Shown here one piece after another: positions 28,182 to 38,010 of a DNA stretch of 64,000 nt. Below the pieces are notes generated by a model that saw only the letters and a program-made list of their open reading frames with translations, made no database searches and was not told where the DNA came from. A program made the translations under genes and the position numbers. How positions within the stretch are numbered: position 1 is the first letter of the stretch; every line of letters begins with the position of its first letter. The stretch is from an uncultured Bacilli bacterium. Its GTDB lineage: Bacteria > Bacillota_I > Bacilli_A > RF39 > UBA660. Where the stretch lies: the NCBI GenBank assembly GCA_944332265.1, contig CALVJQ010000003.1, forward strand, positions 9,083 through 73,082, in the 5' to 3' direction.

Positions 28182-29407
28182 TTTTTTCTTCCTTTCGTAG
28201 TCGTAAAACGAGCTAATTTGATTAATTCATTTATTGAGATAGCTATTAGGCTAAAGAGTATACAAGATATACAATTATGCCAACCAATAGATGTGGTATC
28301 TAGAAAATTGTTAAAGTTAATTAGACATATTAAACCAATACTTAAAATAAAATAGATAATTAAAGAGATTGATTTAAGAGATTTAAACATATTTTTAATG
28401 ATGTTAGAATCGCTTATAATAGATATAGTATATAAGATATTAATCATAATAAAAAGAGTGTAAAAAAGAGAATTAGCGAAGTCTTCTGGACCATTTTCCA
28501 CTATAGCTAACATATAAGGAATATTTAAAATAAAGAAGATACAGAAGCTTTCTAAAATTAAAAATATTGTCTCTTGTTTACCAATAAAGATATTAGTTGG
28601 TTTAGGTTTACGAGTCATAATATCTGTATCGTAAGGGAGATTTTTTAGAAGATATTCACTATTAATAATAGTATATATTTTTAAGATAATAATAGTTAGT
28701 AAATTATAAGTAATAGGAAAATTTAAAATACTTAAAAAATAGTAACTTAAAATTAAAGGAAAATAAGTTATTATAAGATATTTTATACCTCTTATATAGT
28801 TATCTTCTGTACCACGAGATTTTTTTAGTTTTAGATAAAAATCTTTTAGATTATCAAGAACATAAATCGTATTTTTTTTATCGATAGTATTTTCTATTAA
28901 ATGATAATCATCTGTTTTAATTTGAATATTTTTATGTAATAGTTTTGGTTCTATCTCTTCTACTTCGATAGTTTTTATTTTAGATGGATAATTATTAGTC
29001 GATAAGATAATGACATTTATGCCAGCTTTATTGAATTTCCTAATAAGAGTTGAATCAAAGTTATTAGTAATAATTGTTTTAATATGAGAAATTTGTTCTT
29101 CATCTTGGAAACTAGTATGATAAAGAGTTATAAGAGAGATAGGAAAAGTTATTAAACTAATAGAAAAAGCATTTATTAAAGAAGTAATAGTATCATCTAG
29201 GGATGTAGTACTATTAGAAATATTTATTAGTAAGGATGAAGCGAAAACGACAATTGATATAATGATTAAAGCAATGATTAATCGTTTAGTATATTGATAT
29301 AGTGTTTTATTTTTATTAACTTTATGTTTATAGATAATGATTATCTTAAATATTATAATGATGATAAGAAGAAGAGATGCAATTATTAAATTTAGATTAG
29401 AAGTCAT
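28178..29407 (-). CDS. degenerate P-type ATPase-like membrane protein (no phosphorylation, actuator or nucleotide domains)
   Basis: 409 aa. HIKTIITNN stands where DKTGTLT would be (Asp replaced by Ile). KAGINVIILSTNN replaces AGI.V.MITGD. LPYDTDIMTRKPKP matches the Cation_ATPase_C loop. There is no TGES and no GDGxND. Confidence 0.55.
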   Translation of the reverse strand: MTSNLNLIIASLLLIIIIIFKIIIIYKHKVNKNKTLYQYTKRLIIALIIISIVVFASSLLINISNSTTSLDDTITSLINAFSISLITFPISLITLYHTSFQDEEQISHIKTIITNNFDSTLIRKFNKAGINVIILSTNNYPSKIKTIEVEEIEPKLLHKNIQIKTDDYHLIENTIDKKNTIYVLDNLKDFYLKLKKSRGTEDNYIRGIKYLIITYFPLILSYYFLSILNFPITYNLLTIIILKIYTIINSEYLLKNLPYDTDIMTRKPKPTNIFIGKQETIFLILESFCIFFILNIPYMLAIVENGPEDFANSLFYTLFIMINILYTISIISDSNIIKNMFKSLKSISLIIYFILSIGLICLINFNNFLDTTSIGWHNCISCILFSLIAISINELIKLARFTTTKGRKK

Positions 29408-29440
29408 ATTAAATCACCTTTTTTATTATATCATAAAATT

Positions 29441-29462
29441 TAAAAAGCGCTTATAAAGCGCT
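29441..29462 (-). terminator. rho-independent terminator after the 171-aa gene
   Basis: AGCGCTT-ATA-AAGCGCT hairpin spanning the last codons, followed on the minus strand by TTTTT. Confidence 0.6.
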
Positions 29463-29966
29463 GATTTGATGAGACATTGTATGAACTAGGTTTTCAACTG
29501 CTTGGGCTTTAGGTACTTCAGCATAAAACTTTTTTTCCATAGTTGCATCAGTTAATGTATAATTTGTAACATCGATTATACTCTCTTCTTGATAGCTAAT
29601 TTCATCTGTAGTACGAATCATTTTAGGTTCATCATTAACACATAAACGAGTTATATCCATATATATACGAGTATTTTCTTGGTTTTTTCCTTCTATTATA
29701 TAAGCTTCAAAGCAACGATTTTCGCTAGCTGGACCATCGACTAAACTCATAGAACCATTTATATATATAAGATCTTTTTCTTTACAAGCACAAAATTCAA
29801 CTAGTTGTAATTCTGTTACTTGAGAACCTTTTATAGGATATGCAGTATCTCTGACTTCTTTACAATAGCTTAAAAGATTAATTATTTTCTCTTGCTTTTT
29901 TTTATTGGAAATTCCAATAAAACGATAACGTTGTTCAAATAATATTTGCATATCCTTTTCAATCAT
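29451..29966 (-). CDS. hypothetical soluble protein (171 aa)
   Basis: ATG 29966 lies 1 nt after the pgsA-like stop (TAAAATG). No motif recognised. Confidence 0.6.
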   Translation of the reverse strand: MIEKDMQILFEQRYRFIGISNKKKQEKIINLLSYCKEVRDTAYPIKGSQVTELQLVEFCACKEKDLIYINGSMSLVDGPASENRCFEAYIIEGKNQENTRIYMDITRLCVNDEPKMIRTTDEISYQEESIIDVTNYTLTDATMEKKFYAEVPKAQAVENLVHTMSHQISAL

Positions 29967-29967
29967 T

Positions 29968-30834
29968 TTACTCACTGCCTTTTTTTATTGGTTTATATAA
30001 TAATTTTTTTATTCCGCCATCGCGGTGTTTTAAATAAAATTCTGTGTCAAATAAATCATGAATTATTTCAGAACGAGTTTTTAATTCTTTTCCTTCTTTT
30101 AATAATTCTTTTTTCTTTTGTAATAGAGCCTTTTTTTCGGCAGCTATTTCTTTTAAACTGCGTTTTTCCTTAGTTGGGGTTATTTCTTCTGATACAACTA
30201 ATTCATCTTGAACTTGGGCAGTTTTAGCGTAGTCATGAGCAACATATAGACTAGCACCAATAACTGGAATAGCTAAAATAGTAGATATTAATTGAGGATT
30301 AAGTTCTAGTAATTTATTAAAAGAACTTATATTAACATAGTTAAGTATTTCTTTTAATGTAGGGGCAGCATAGCAAAAATAGCTACCAACAATTGATGCA
30401 GCTAAAAGAACAGTTTTAGCTTTTCCTGCAAGACTAGATTTGGCATTATTTCCTCTTTGTAGACTATTATAGTTAATAGCAAAAATACCAAGTTCTAAGC
30501 CAATAATAACTAAGAAAATTGGATTTAAAGTTGATAGTAGTATTAGACAAACTATACCAAAGCTTTTATCAGATACAGCATCTAATAAGCTACCAAAGAA
30601 TGATTCAACATGAAGTTTTCTAGCTAAATAGCCATCAATAAAATCCGTTAGGAAAAAACCAGCTGCAGCAAGGGTTGTAGCTAGAGCTCCATAACTATAA
30701 AAGATGGGGATTATAGCAATTGTTCCTAATGATCTAATTGCGGTTATCAGGTTAACTAAAATTTGGTTACGTAGATGATTAGGTCCATATTTATTTTCTT
30801 CTTTTGTAATATTAATTAGTTTTTCTTTTTTCAT
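29968..30834 (-). CDS. CDP-alcohol phosphatidyltransferase (PgsA-like) with ~90-aa charged C-terminal extension
   Basis: DFIDGYLARKLHVESFFGSLLDAVSDK, i.e. D-x2-DG-x2-AR-x8-G-x3-D-x3-D. Start ATG 30834 behind AGAGGGGGA. Confidence 0.85.
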   Translation of the reverse strand: MKKEKLINITKEENKYGPNHLRNQILVNLITAIRSLGTIAIIPIFYSYGALATTLAAAGFFLTDFIDGYLARKLHVESFFGSLLDAVSDKSFGIVCLILLSTLNPIFLVIIGLELGIFAINYNSLQRGNNAKSSLAGKAKTVLLAASIVGSYFCYAAPTLKEILNYVNISSFNKLLELNPQLISTILAIPVIGASLYVAHDYAKTAQVQDELVVSEEITPTKEKRSLKEIAAEKKALLQKKKELLKEGKELKTRSEIIHDLFDTEFYLKHRDGGIKKLLYKPIKKGSE

Positions 30835-30880
30835 CAAAAGTCCCCCTCTTTGCATATGATAACAATTAGATATCTAAAAG

Positions 30881-31441
30881 TCAATATGACATATTACTAT
30901 ACTTTATCTGGTATGTCATAGAAATATTACTAAGACGTATTTCAGTTATTTCTTTATTATCAGAAAATATTGAAATAGTTGTATTTAATTCTTTTATTTT
31001 AGTTTGATATTCATATTCTTTAAGGCCTGAATATTCAAATTCTTTAGGACTTATATCTTTGATTAAAGCAAATATTTTAGAAGGTTCTAAGTATTCATTT
31101 TCGATATTAGCAAAAACTTCATCTTTGTTTTTTTCAGTATAAGAAATTTCTTCTGGTAATGTACAAGTTCCTTCTTCATTGGAATCTTCTATTTTTCCTG
31201 TACAGGAATATGTCTTAGTTCCAACTAATAATGAATATTCGTAATTATAGTTACTTTTAAGTAAGTTTTCCTTTTGTTTAGCTAAAGAGGTGGTTTCACT
31301 TTTTTGATTATTAGATTCAGAGATACTAAGATTATTTTTTGAGGAGGTAAAGAAACTATCTGGTAAAATAAACATGATTAATACTAAAGCGACAATTATA
31401 AATAGAATATAACAGGTAAATAATTTATTGCTTTTATTCAT
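30881..31441 (-). CDS. membrane-anchored extracytoplasmic protein, unknown function
   Basis: 186 aa with an N-terminal TM anchor. The ATG directly abuts the fmt stop (TAAATG). Confidence 0.6.
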   Translation of the reverse strand: MNKSNKLFTCYILFIIVALVLIMFILPDSFFTSSKNNLSISESNNQKSETTSLAKQKENLLKSNYNYEYSLLVGTKTYSCTGKIEDSNEEGTCTLPEEISYTEKNKDEVFANIENEYLEPSKIFALIKDISPKEFEYSGLKEYEYQTKIKELNTTISIFSDNKEITEIRLSNISMTYQIKYSNMSY

Positions 31442-32377
31442 TTATTCAACTATTGTATGTAGTAATTTTTCTTTATTAATGCCGTTTAGATAATCACGAG
31501 CAGACATTTCTTTTTTACCAAAAGGTTTTACCTTAGTTATATATATAATTTTATCTTTAGTGCATATTCCAAAATTATCTTTATTTATTTCGCATATTGT
31601 ACCTGAAGAAAGATTACTATCTTGAGTACCAATAAAACATTCTAAGATTTTTACTTCACTACCATTTATAATAGCATTAGCTTTAGGCCAAGGGTATAAA
31701 CCACGAACCTTATTGAATATTTCAAGAGCAGTTTTATTAAAATCTAAGTGTTCTTCTTCACGAGTAATATTCCAAGCATAAGTTGCTTCTTCTTCATTTT
31801 GTTTTAGACGATTGTTGGTTCTAGCAATAATTGAAGGAAGGGTTTTTAGTAAAAGTTCTTTTCCCATTTGACTTAAAGTATCATGTAAAGTTCCAACATT
31901 ATCAGTATTTTTTATTTCATAAGTAGCACTACTAATGATATCTCCTGTATCCATTTTTTTATCCATGTACATAATAGTTACTCCCGTTTTAGTTTCACCA
32001 TCAATTAAAGCATGGTGAATTGGGGCTCCTCCTCTTAAACGAGGCAATAAGGAAGCATGAACATTTATACAACCTAGTTTAGGCGAATTTAAAATTGTTT
32101 CTGGTATTATTTGTCCATATGCACAAGTAATAATAATATCGGCATTAGCATCGATTATTTTTTGAAAATCTTCACGAATTTTAACAGGTTGAAAAACTGG
32201 GATGTTATAATCAAGAGCCATTTTTTTAACAGGACTTGGCAATAGTTCATGATGGCGTCCTGTTTCTTTATCTGGTTGAGTAACGACCATTATAACATTA
32301 GTATTTTCTAAAAGAGCTTCTAAAACAGGAACAGCGAATTCTGGAGTTCCCATAAAAATCACTTTTGTATTTTTCAT
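31442..32377 (-). CDS. fmt: methionyl-tRNA formyltransferase
   Basis: VIFMGTPEFAVP, HASLLPRLRGGAPI, C-terminal Formyl_trans_C domain. Confidence 0.95.
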   Translation of the reverse strand: MKNTKVIFMGTPEFAVPVLEALLENTNVIMVVTQPDKETGRHHELLPSPVKKMALDYNIPVFQPVKIREDFQKIIDANADIIITCAYGQIIPETILNSPKLGCINVHASLLPRLRGGAPIHHALIDGETKTGVTIMYMDKKMDTGDIISSATYEIKNTDNVGTLHDTLSQMGKELLLKTLPSIIARTNNRLKQNEEEATYAWNITREEEHLDFNKTALEIFNKVRGLYPWPKANAIINGSEVKILECFIGTQDSNLSSGTICEINKDNFGICTKDKIIYITKVKPFGKKEMSARDYLNGINKEKLLHTIVE

Positions 32378-32420
32378 AGTATCACCTCTTTAATTATAGC
32401 AGATTGCAAATTATTTGGAA

Positions 32421-33296
32421 TTATTTTCTTTTATTTTCACCAATTAATTCCATATCTTCAGTTAGTTGTTTAATACGTTCAATTATTCTTTTGGCTTTAA
32501 CCATTTCATCTATATTTGAGCTTATTATAAGATGTTCTTCTAGTTGTTCAATGTTTAAATTTGATGTAAAGAAGGTTGTTTTATAATTGTTCATACGATG
32601 TTGAAGAATGGTTCCTAATATCTCATCACGACTCCATTCTGTTACTTTTTCAGCTCCTATATCATCGATTAAAAGAAGGTCAACGTTTTCTAAATAGTCA
32701 ATGCGGTCAGCAAAGGTATCAAAATCACTTTTTAAATCACGTAATAATTCAGGATAGTAAACAATTTCAGTAGATATTCTTTTTTTAGATAGTTCATTAA
32801 AAGCTGCTGATATTAAATAGGTTTTTCCGCAACCAAATGTTCCATGAAGATATAATCCTTTATTGTTATTATTAGGATCATAGTTTTCACAAAAATTAAT
32901 TAGCCATTTTAAAACAGGCAATCTTTTTTTATCAGAGCTATCTATTTGAGCCATACTAGCTAAGGATAATTCTTTGTCTCTAGTCATACGATTTTTTTCT
33001 TTTTCACGACGTTCTTTTTCATATTTACAAGGAACATAAGAAAATATTATTTGATGTTCAGAACATTTAGGATATAGGACGTGCCCTTCTAAACGATTTT
33101 GGCAATAAATTAGCCCATGACATTGATGACAATTTTGAAGTTCTTTTACAGTTTCTTGCAAAGAAGTTGTATATTTCATAGCTGTTTTATCATCTGCTTT
33201 AATAGTTTTTATTAAACGGCGAAAGCTTTCGTCGCAACAAGCTTCTTGATAACTCTTTTTTAAAGCTTTTTCATTAACATTATTTCTTATTTCCAT
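32421..33296 (-). CDS. dnaI: primosomal helicase loader DnaI
   Basis: N-terminal Zn-binding domain (CHQCHG..C), AAA+ Walker A GTFGCGKTY, Walker B LLIDDIGAE. Lies downstream of the dnaB-type gene as in Bacillus. Confidence 0.88.
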   Translation of the reverse strand: MEIRNNVNEKALKKSYQEACCDESFRRLIKTIKADDKTAMKYTTSLQETVKELQNCHQCHGLIYCQNRLEGHVLYPKCSEHQIIFSYVPCKYEKERREKEKNRMTRDKELSLASMAQIDSSDKKRLPVLKWLINFCENYDPNNNNKGLYLHGTFGCGKTYLISAAFNELSKKRISTEIVYYPELLRDLKSDFDTFADRIDYLENVDLLLIDDIGAEKVTEWSRDEILGTILQHRMNNYKTTFFTSNLNIEQLEEHLIISSNIDEMVKAKRIIERIKQLTEDMELIGENKRK

Positions 33297-33300
33297 ATTA

Positions 33301-34578
33301 TCACCTATATTTACTTAGTAAGTCATCTATTTCTTGCTGTTCTTCAGCTGTCATTTCTTCTTTTTTGATTTCTTGATTAAACCATATTGGTTCTTCTTTT
33401 TTGATGTTTGAAGATTTCTTAGCAGTTGTCTTTGTGTATTTTTTATTTTCCTTTTTAGCAAGATTCATTGCTTCTTCAGCAGTTTCGACATTACATCTTT
33501 TCCACTGACCAGCAATAGTTTCAACGAATGATTGATTTAATTTGTTGTTGTTTTTCTTTAAAACATAATCTATTAAAACGTTAACAACTGCTGGTTGAAG
33601 TTCTAAATCAACTAAAAGAGTTTCTAATAATTTTAAGTCACGAGCAGTTGGTTTAGCTCCTTTATATTTTATTTTTAAGAAGTCAGAAGGTGATGTGTTT
33701 TCAAACATGTAGATAATTTGCGCTAGTTGGCTTTTATCCCCTTCTGGTGTTTTTAAGTACTCGGGTTGAGTTCGATATATAATTGTTGGTAATTTACCAC
33801 TATTATTATACTGATAATACTTGCGAGTACTTTTACGTAATTCATCTTTGTCAAAAGTACCATTTTCAGTAATTACGGTACGTAGTATTTCAACCATTTT
33901 TAAAGTATCTAAATTATATATATAAGCTAATTGTTCAATTAATTCTTTAGTTTTTTTGTTTAAGGTTGTTGATTTTAAAATTCCTTTAGGCATTGAAGAT
34001 AGCAATAGATCAAAATCAATAATACCATTTAGTTTTATTCCTTGAGTTTTTCTTTCTTGGGTATCAATTGGTTCGTAAGTTGATGAGGATTTAAAAGTAT
34101 AATTTAGTTCTTTAGATATATCTTCATAATCATGGATATCTATTTTAGGTAGTTCATATTCAGCTTTTATAAGTTCGTATTCATATTTGCCAAGGTTATT
34201 ATAAAGAGTAATGTTGAAGATTGGAGAAGCAAAGAATTCTTTAGGACTTAAAGGAGAGTATATTTCATAGCAATAGGAATTAGGTTCGCCTTCTTTATAA
34301 TATGTTTTTATAAGTCCTACTCCTTCTAAGGTTTCACGAGCTAGTTTGATTGTTTCGATACTTGAATTCATTATACGCATTAAATGATGATGAGTATAGT
34401 CTTTACTTATGAATTCATTTAAACGTAAATCTCTTAATAAATTAAAATAGAGACAAACAGCAATAGGTCCTATAATTGGTTCATATAAAGATATAATATT
34501 TTTACGATCTTCTTCAGTAATAATTGTTTTATTAATAACAGTATAGGTGTCTGCTGGTAATAAAGTAATTAGTTTCAT
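33301..34578 (-). CDS. dnaB: replication initiation and membrane attachment protein (Bacillus DnaB-type, DnaD-like domains; not the helicase)
   Basis: 425 aa. N-terminal winged-helix-like DnaB_2 region and a C-terminal DnaD-like repeat (..PAVVNVLIDYVL...N.L...FVE.IAGQW....V.T.EEAM..A). Operon with dnaI. Ends with a TGA stop. Confidence 0.8.
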   Translation of the reverse strand: MKLITLLPADTYTVINKTIITEEDRKNIISLYEPIIGPIAVCLYFNLLRDLRLNEFISKDYTHHHLMRIMNSSIETIKLARETLEGVGLIKTYYKEGEPNSYCYEIYSPLSPKEFFASPIFNITLYNNLGKYEYELIKAEYELPKIDIHDYEDISKELNYTFKSSSTYEPIDTQERKTQGIKLNGIIDFDLLLSSMPKGILKSTTLNKKTKELIEQLAYIYNLDTLKMVEILRTVITENGTFDKDELRKSTRKYYQYNNSGKLPTIIYRTQPEYLKTPEGDKSQLAQIIYMFENTSPSDFLKIKYKGAKPTARDLKLLETLLVDLELQPAVVNVLIDYVLKKNNNKLNQSFVETIAGQWKRCNVETAEEAMNLAKKENKKYTKTTAKKSSNIKKEEPIWFNQEIKKEEMTAEEQQEIDDLLSKYR

Positions 34579-34653
34579 TCTCCACCTTCTTTCAATTAGT
34601 ATTATAAACTATTAGGTATTTTTTTCCAAGGTAAAAAGAAGAAAAAAGAAGGA

Positions 34654-35592
34654 TTAGCATCCTTCTTGGTCTTCTTCGCATGTATCATCTAAATATTTAG
34701 AGATAATATTACTATATGTATTTAATAATTCGTTTTCTTGGTCTTTAGTTAAATCAGGAACTTTTCCATCTTCGTCTTCTTTAGCATCTTTAACTGTTCC
34801 TTCATGGAAACCTACTAGTACGCCATTTTTAACTGCAGCAACAGTTGGAGTATTTAATCTTTTTTCACCAATGTTTACTTCTTTACCTTTTTCAGTTGTT
34901 AGAATATAGTCTTCAAGTTCATTAGCTAGAGCAAGAAGAACATTATAGTAAGATTCTGATGCTGCTTCTTTACTCTTACGAGCTTTATTTTTAGAATTTA
35001 GAATGTAAAAGTCACGAATGTCGTTATCTATTTTATCTTCAGGACGGATATTAACATAGTAAATAGTATCTAGTTCAGAAGATTGCATGGCTTTTAATAA
35101 TACAGGAACAGCATTTCTACTCCATGGACAAGCAGAGAAACCAAAATAGATAATACCAGAACCTGAATCAAGCATAGTTGCGGCTTCATCGATTGTAATA
35201 TATTTTATATTATTATCTTCAATAATTGATATTTTTTTGTTTTTGATACCATTTGATCTAGTAGTATCGTTTATTGATTCATATTCTTCTTTAAATTTTT
35301 TTTCATCAGCTGTTGCAACATATTTTTCTTCATTTAGGAGAAGATTTTCACGGTATTTAACGGCGATGAAACCGCCAATGAAAATAATTATTATTAAAAC
35401 TCCAGCTATTAAAGTACGAGCATAGTTATTTTCTTCTTGAACTATAGTTGGGGCTTTTTTCTTAGTTTCTTTAACTTTTTTAACAGCACTTTTCGTCTTT
35501 GTTTCTTTTGGAGCTATTGGAGTTTTTTTAGTTTTTTTAGCAGATGTTTTTGTTTCTTTGGTTTTTTTGTTGGTTTTAGTTTGTTTAACCAT
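34654..35592 (-). CDS. membrane-anchored thioredoxin-fold protein with CPWS (CxxS) motif and Lys-rich N-terminus
   Basis: IYFGFSACPWSRNAVPVL resembles Trx-like bacteriocin-accessory type proteins, but the second Cys is Ser. K/T-rich 60-aa tail, one TM. Confidence 0.5.
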   Translation of the reverse strand: MVKQTKTNKKTKETKTSAKKTKKTPIAPKETKTKSAVKKVKETKKKAPTIVQEENNYARTLIAGVLIIIIFIGGFIAVKYRENLLLNEEKYVATADEKKFKEEYESINDTTRSNGIKNKKISIIEDNNIKYITIDEAATMLDSGSGIIYFGFSACPWSRNAVPVLLKAMQSSELDTIYYVNIRPEDKIDNDIRDFYILNSKNKARKSKEAASESYYNVLLALANELEDYILTTEKGKEVNIGEKRLNTPTVAAVKNGVLVGFHEGTVKDAKEDEDGKVPDLTKDQENELLNTYSNIISKYLDDTCEEDQEGC

Positions 35593-35603
35593 ATTATCCT
35601 TCC

Positions 35604-36278
35604 TTATCTAAGTTTAGTACTACCGAAAATACTTATTGACTCAACGTAGATCTTTTTCTTGTTAGTCTTTTTATCTACTTGTTTAAGATTTTCTGTACCA
35701 CCTAAGATATTAGTATTATTAGTAACAACTTCAAGATTATCAGGAAGATATATTTCGGTAGTTCCAAAGATACTTGAAACTTTTAAAGTCGAATTATCTT
35801 CTATTTTAGCTTCACGCAAATCTAGAAGAAGATAGCCCGCTAGAACTTTAGTAGTACCTCCAACAAATTTAGTTGTTACTTTTTCTTCAGTTGACCCTAA
35901 ACAAGTATAATAAAATGGTATATATTTGATAATACTTTTTTTATTCTCTGGTATTTTGAATGTTGTTTTTATTATATCAATACCTATAAATATTATACCA
36001 AGACATAGCAAAATAGTAAAACATTTATTTAGACTGATTATTTCTAAAGAGAATAGTAAAAGTAATAAGCCTATAAGGAAGATATATAAACTACTCGCTT
36101 TATTTCTTTGAAATAGTAGATTACCTAAAGATGGAAGCATTATAATAAAAGTCCACCATCCAGGGAATAAAATATTATATTTAGGTAAAAAGATTAGAAG
36201 GATTATTTCAATTAATGCGTATGTACTAATAGTAATTGCAACAATTATATTATATATTTTCTCAAGATTTTCTTTCAT
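35604..36278 (-). CDS. LiaF-like (DUF2154) cell-wall-active antibiotic response membrane protein
   Basis: N-terminal TM bundle plus a C-terminal beta-rich LDLREA.I....L.V....G...I.LP region. Start ATG 36278 (AAAGGAAAT RBS). Confidence 0.5.
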   Translation of the reverse strand: MKENLEKIYNIIVAITISTYALIEIILLIFLPKYNILFPGWWTFIIMLPSLGNLLFQRNKASSLYIFLIGLLLLLFSLEIISLNKCFTILLCLGIIFIGIDIIKTTFKIPENKKSIIKYIPFYYTCLGSTEEKVTTKFVGGTTKVLAGYLLLDLREAKIEDNSTLKVSSIFGTTEIYLPDNLEVVTNNTNILGGTENLKQVDKKTNKKKIYVESISIFGSTKLR

Positions 36279-36371
36279 ATTTGATTTCCTTTCTGTGACG
36301 TATAGTATTATATAAAATTTGCTTTGGTTTGACAAGTAAAGTCATAATAAAACTCGTTATATTTAACGAGT

Positions 36372-37490
36372 TTATTGTTGTTCTTCTATTTTTATATCAC
36401 ATGTAACAGAATCAAATTTCATATTTTTATTACCTATTATTATATCTTCACTAGTTTCTGGATTACAATACATTACACTATAGTCTTCATATTGATAGAT
36501 AGTATTTTTAGTTTTTTCATCTGTTTTAATATCAAGAGGATCTTTTTTTAAATCATCAGTTGTTAATTTATTAGATGAAAGAGATGAAGCAATCTCATAT
36601 TTATTACCATCAGCGTATGAAACAACTATTTGGGATAAACAATAAGTATATACTTTTTGATTATCACTAGTATAAATTAGATTTTTTTCAGTTTGACATT
36701 TTTCTTCAGGAGTAGCTGTTATACTGAATTCTTTTAAATTTATTTCGCTTACTACTTTACTATCATACATATAAATTATATATTTTTCGTTTTCTTGTTC
36801 TAAATTTTTTACAATACCTATAATAGTAATTTCATCATATATATCATAATCATCTAAATCATGTGAATTATTAGGAAATAAGATACGTAAGGTTATGTTA
36901 TCAGCAAAGTTAACATATCCATTAATAGTAATATCGGTATTTTCATATGGACGCATCTCTATATAATTTTGACCATTTTTTTTACTTATTTTACCTTTTA
37001 TTTTTATATACATGTTTTTATAATCATCGTAGTTTTCAACAACGGAATTTAAAAATGAATTAGCTTCCATAGCTGGCATATCATCTGCATTACACATGTA
37101 TCCTTTTTTATAGAAAGGAACAGCTATTAAATCATTATAGTCTTCTTTATCACATTGCCATACACGAACTCCTATGCCATTATAAACACGGGCATTTTTA
37201 GAATTTATAATATTATATGCAAAGATAGGAATTCTTTTAAATTGAATTACAGCAATACCATCTAGAGCAATAGAAGCAAATAGAATAACTAAAATTGTTA
37301 TTATAAAAGTACTACTTTTGATTTTTTTGGTCTTTTTTATATTAAATGCCAATAATAAAATGGCTATTAACCAAAGTATAGGTCTAATAACGAGAGGTTT
37401 TTGTAAAATAATAGCTAAAATAAGAAATAATATACTTATTATTAAAGAAATTTTATTTAATTTTTGATTTTTTTGTTTTTTTGTTGTCAT
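36372..37490 (-). CDS. membrane protein (3 N-terminal TM) with ~280-aa extracytoplasmic domain, unknown function
   Basis: Start ATG 37490 behind TAGGAGTG. No motif recognised. Confidence 0.6.
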   Translation of the reverse strand: MTTKKQKNQKLNKISLIISILFLILAIILQKPLVIRPILWLIAILLLAFNIKKTKKIKSSTFIITILVILFASIALDGIAVIQFKRIPIFAYNIINSKNARVYNGIGVRVWQCDKEDYNDLIAVPFYKKGYMCNADDMPAMEANSFLNSVVENYDDYKNMYIKIKGKISKKNGQNYIEMRPYENTDITINGYVNFADNITLRILFPNNSHDLDDYDIYDEITIIGIVKNLEQENEKYIIYMYDSKVVSEINLKEFSITATPEEKCQTEKNLIYTSDNQKVYTYCLSQIVVSYADGNKYEIASSLSSNKLTTDDLKKDPLDIKTDEKTKNTIYQYEDYSVMYCNPETSEDIIIGNKNMKFDSVTCDIKIEEQQ

Positions 37491-37580
37491 ATTAGCACTC
37501 CTATTATAATTAGTATATAAAAAATTGGAGAAAAAAGCCATAAATTTTTAATTATTTATGGCTTTTTTATTTAACTTAAA

Positions 37581-37853
37581 TTAGTTAATAGCAGCTTTAA
37601 GTTTGCTACCAGCTTTAAATGAAGCAACTGTTTTTGATGGAATAGTAATCTTTTCTTTTGTTAAAGGATTAATTCCTTCTCTTCCAGCTCTTTCTTTTGC
37701 ACTAAATGTTCCAAATCCAACTAGAGCAACTTTACCTTCTTTTTTTAGTCCAGTTGTAATTCCTTCTAGTGCTGCATCAAGAGCACGAGTTGCGTCAGCT
37801 TTAGTTAGTCCAGCTTTTGCAGCAATAAATTCTACTAATTCTTGTTTTCCCAT
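37581..37853 (-). CDS. hup: DNA-binding protein HU
   Basis: MGKQELVEFIA...GFGTFS..ER.AR.G.NP.T...I.IP. Start ATG 37853 behind GGGAGGT. Visibly higher GC than its surroundings. Confidence 0.95.
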   Translation of the reverse strand: MGKQELVEFIAAKAGLTKADATRALDAALEGITTGLKKEGKVALVGFGTFSAKERAGREGINPLTKEKITIPSKTVASFKAGSKLKAAIN

Positions 37854-37973
37854 AGTTTTACCTCCCATAAATGTTTTGTGTAAGGTTTATCCTTACATAT
37901 TAAAAATAGCAGAAATATAAATTTAAATCAAGATAAATTGCATATTTTATGCAAAAAATGTGATATTTTTAGT

Positions 37974-38003
37974 AAAAAAAACAATAGATAGTAAATCTAT
38001 TGT
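37974..38003 (-). terminator. bidirectional-type terminator after the zinc-ribbon protein gene
   Basis: ACAATAGAT-AGTAA-ATCTATTGT hairpin flanked by an A-run and a T-run. Confidence 0.65.
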
Positions 38004-38010
38004 CATTTTT

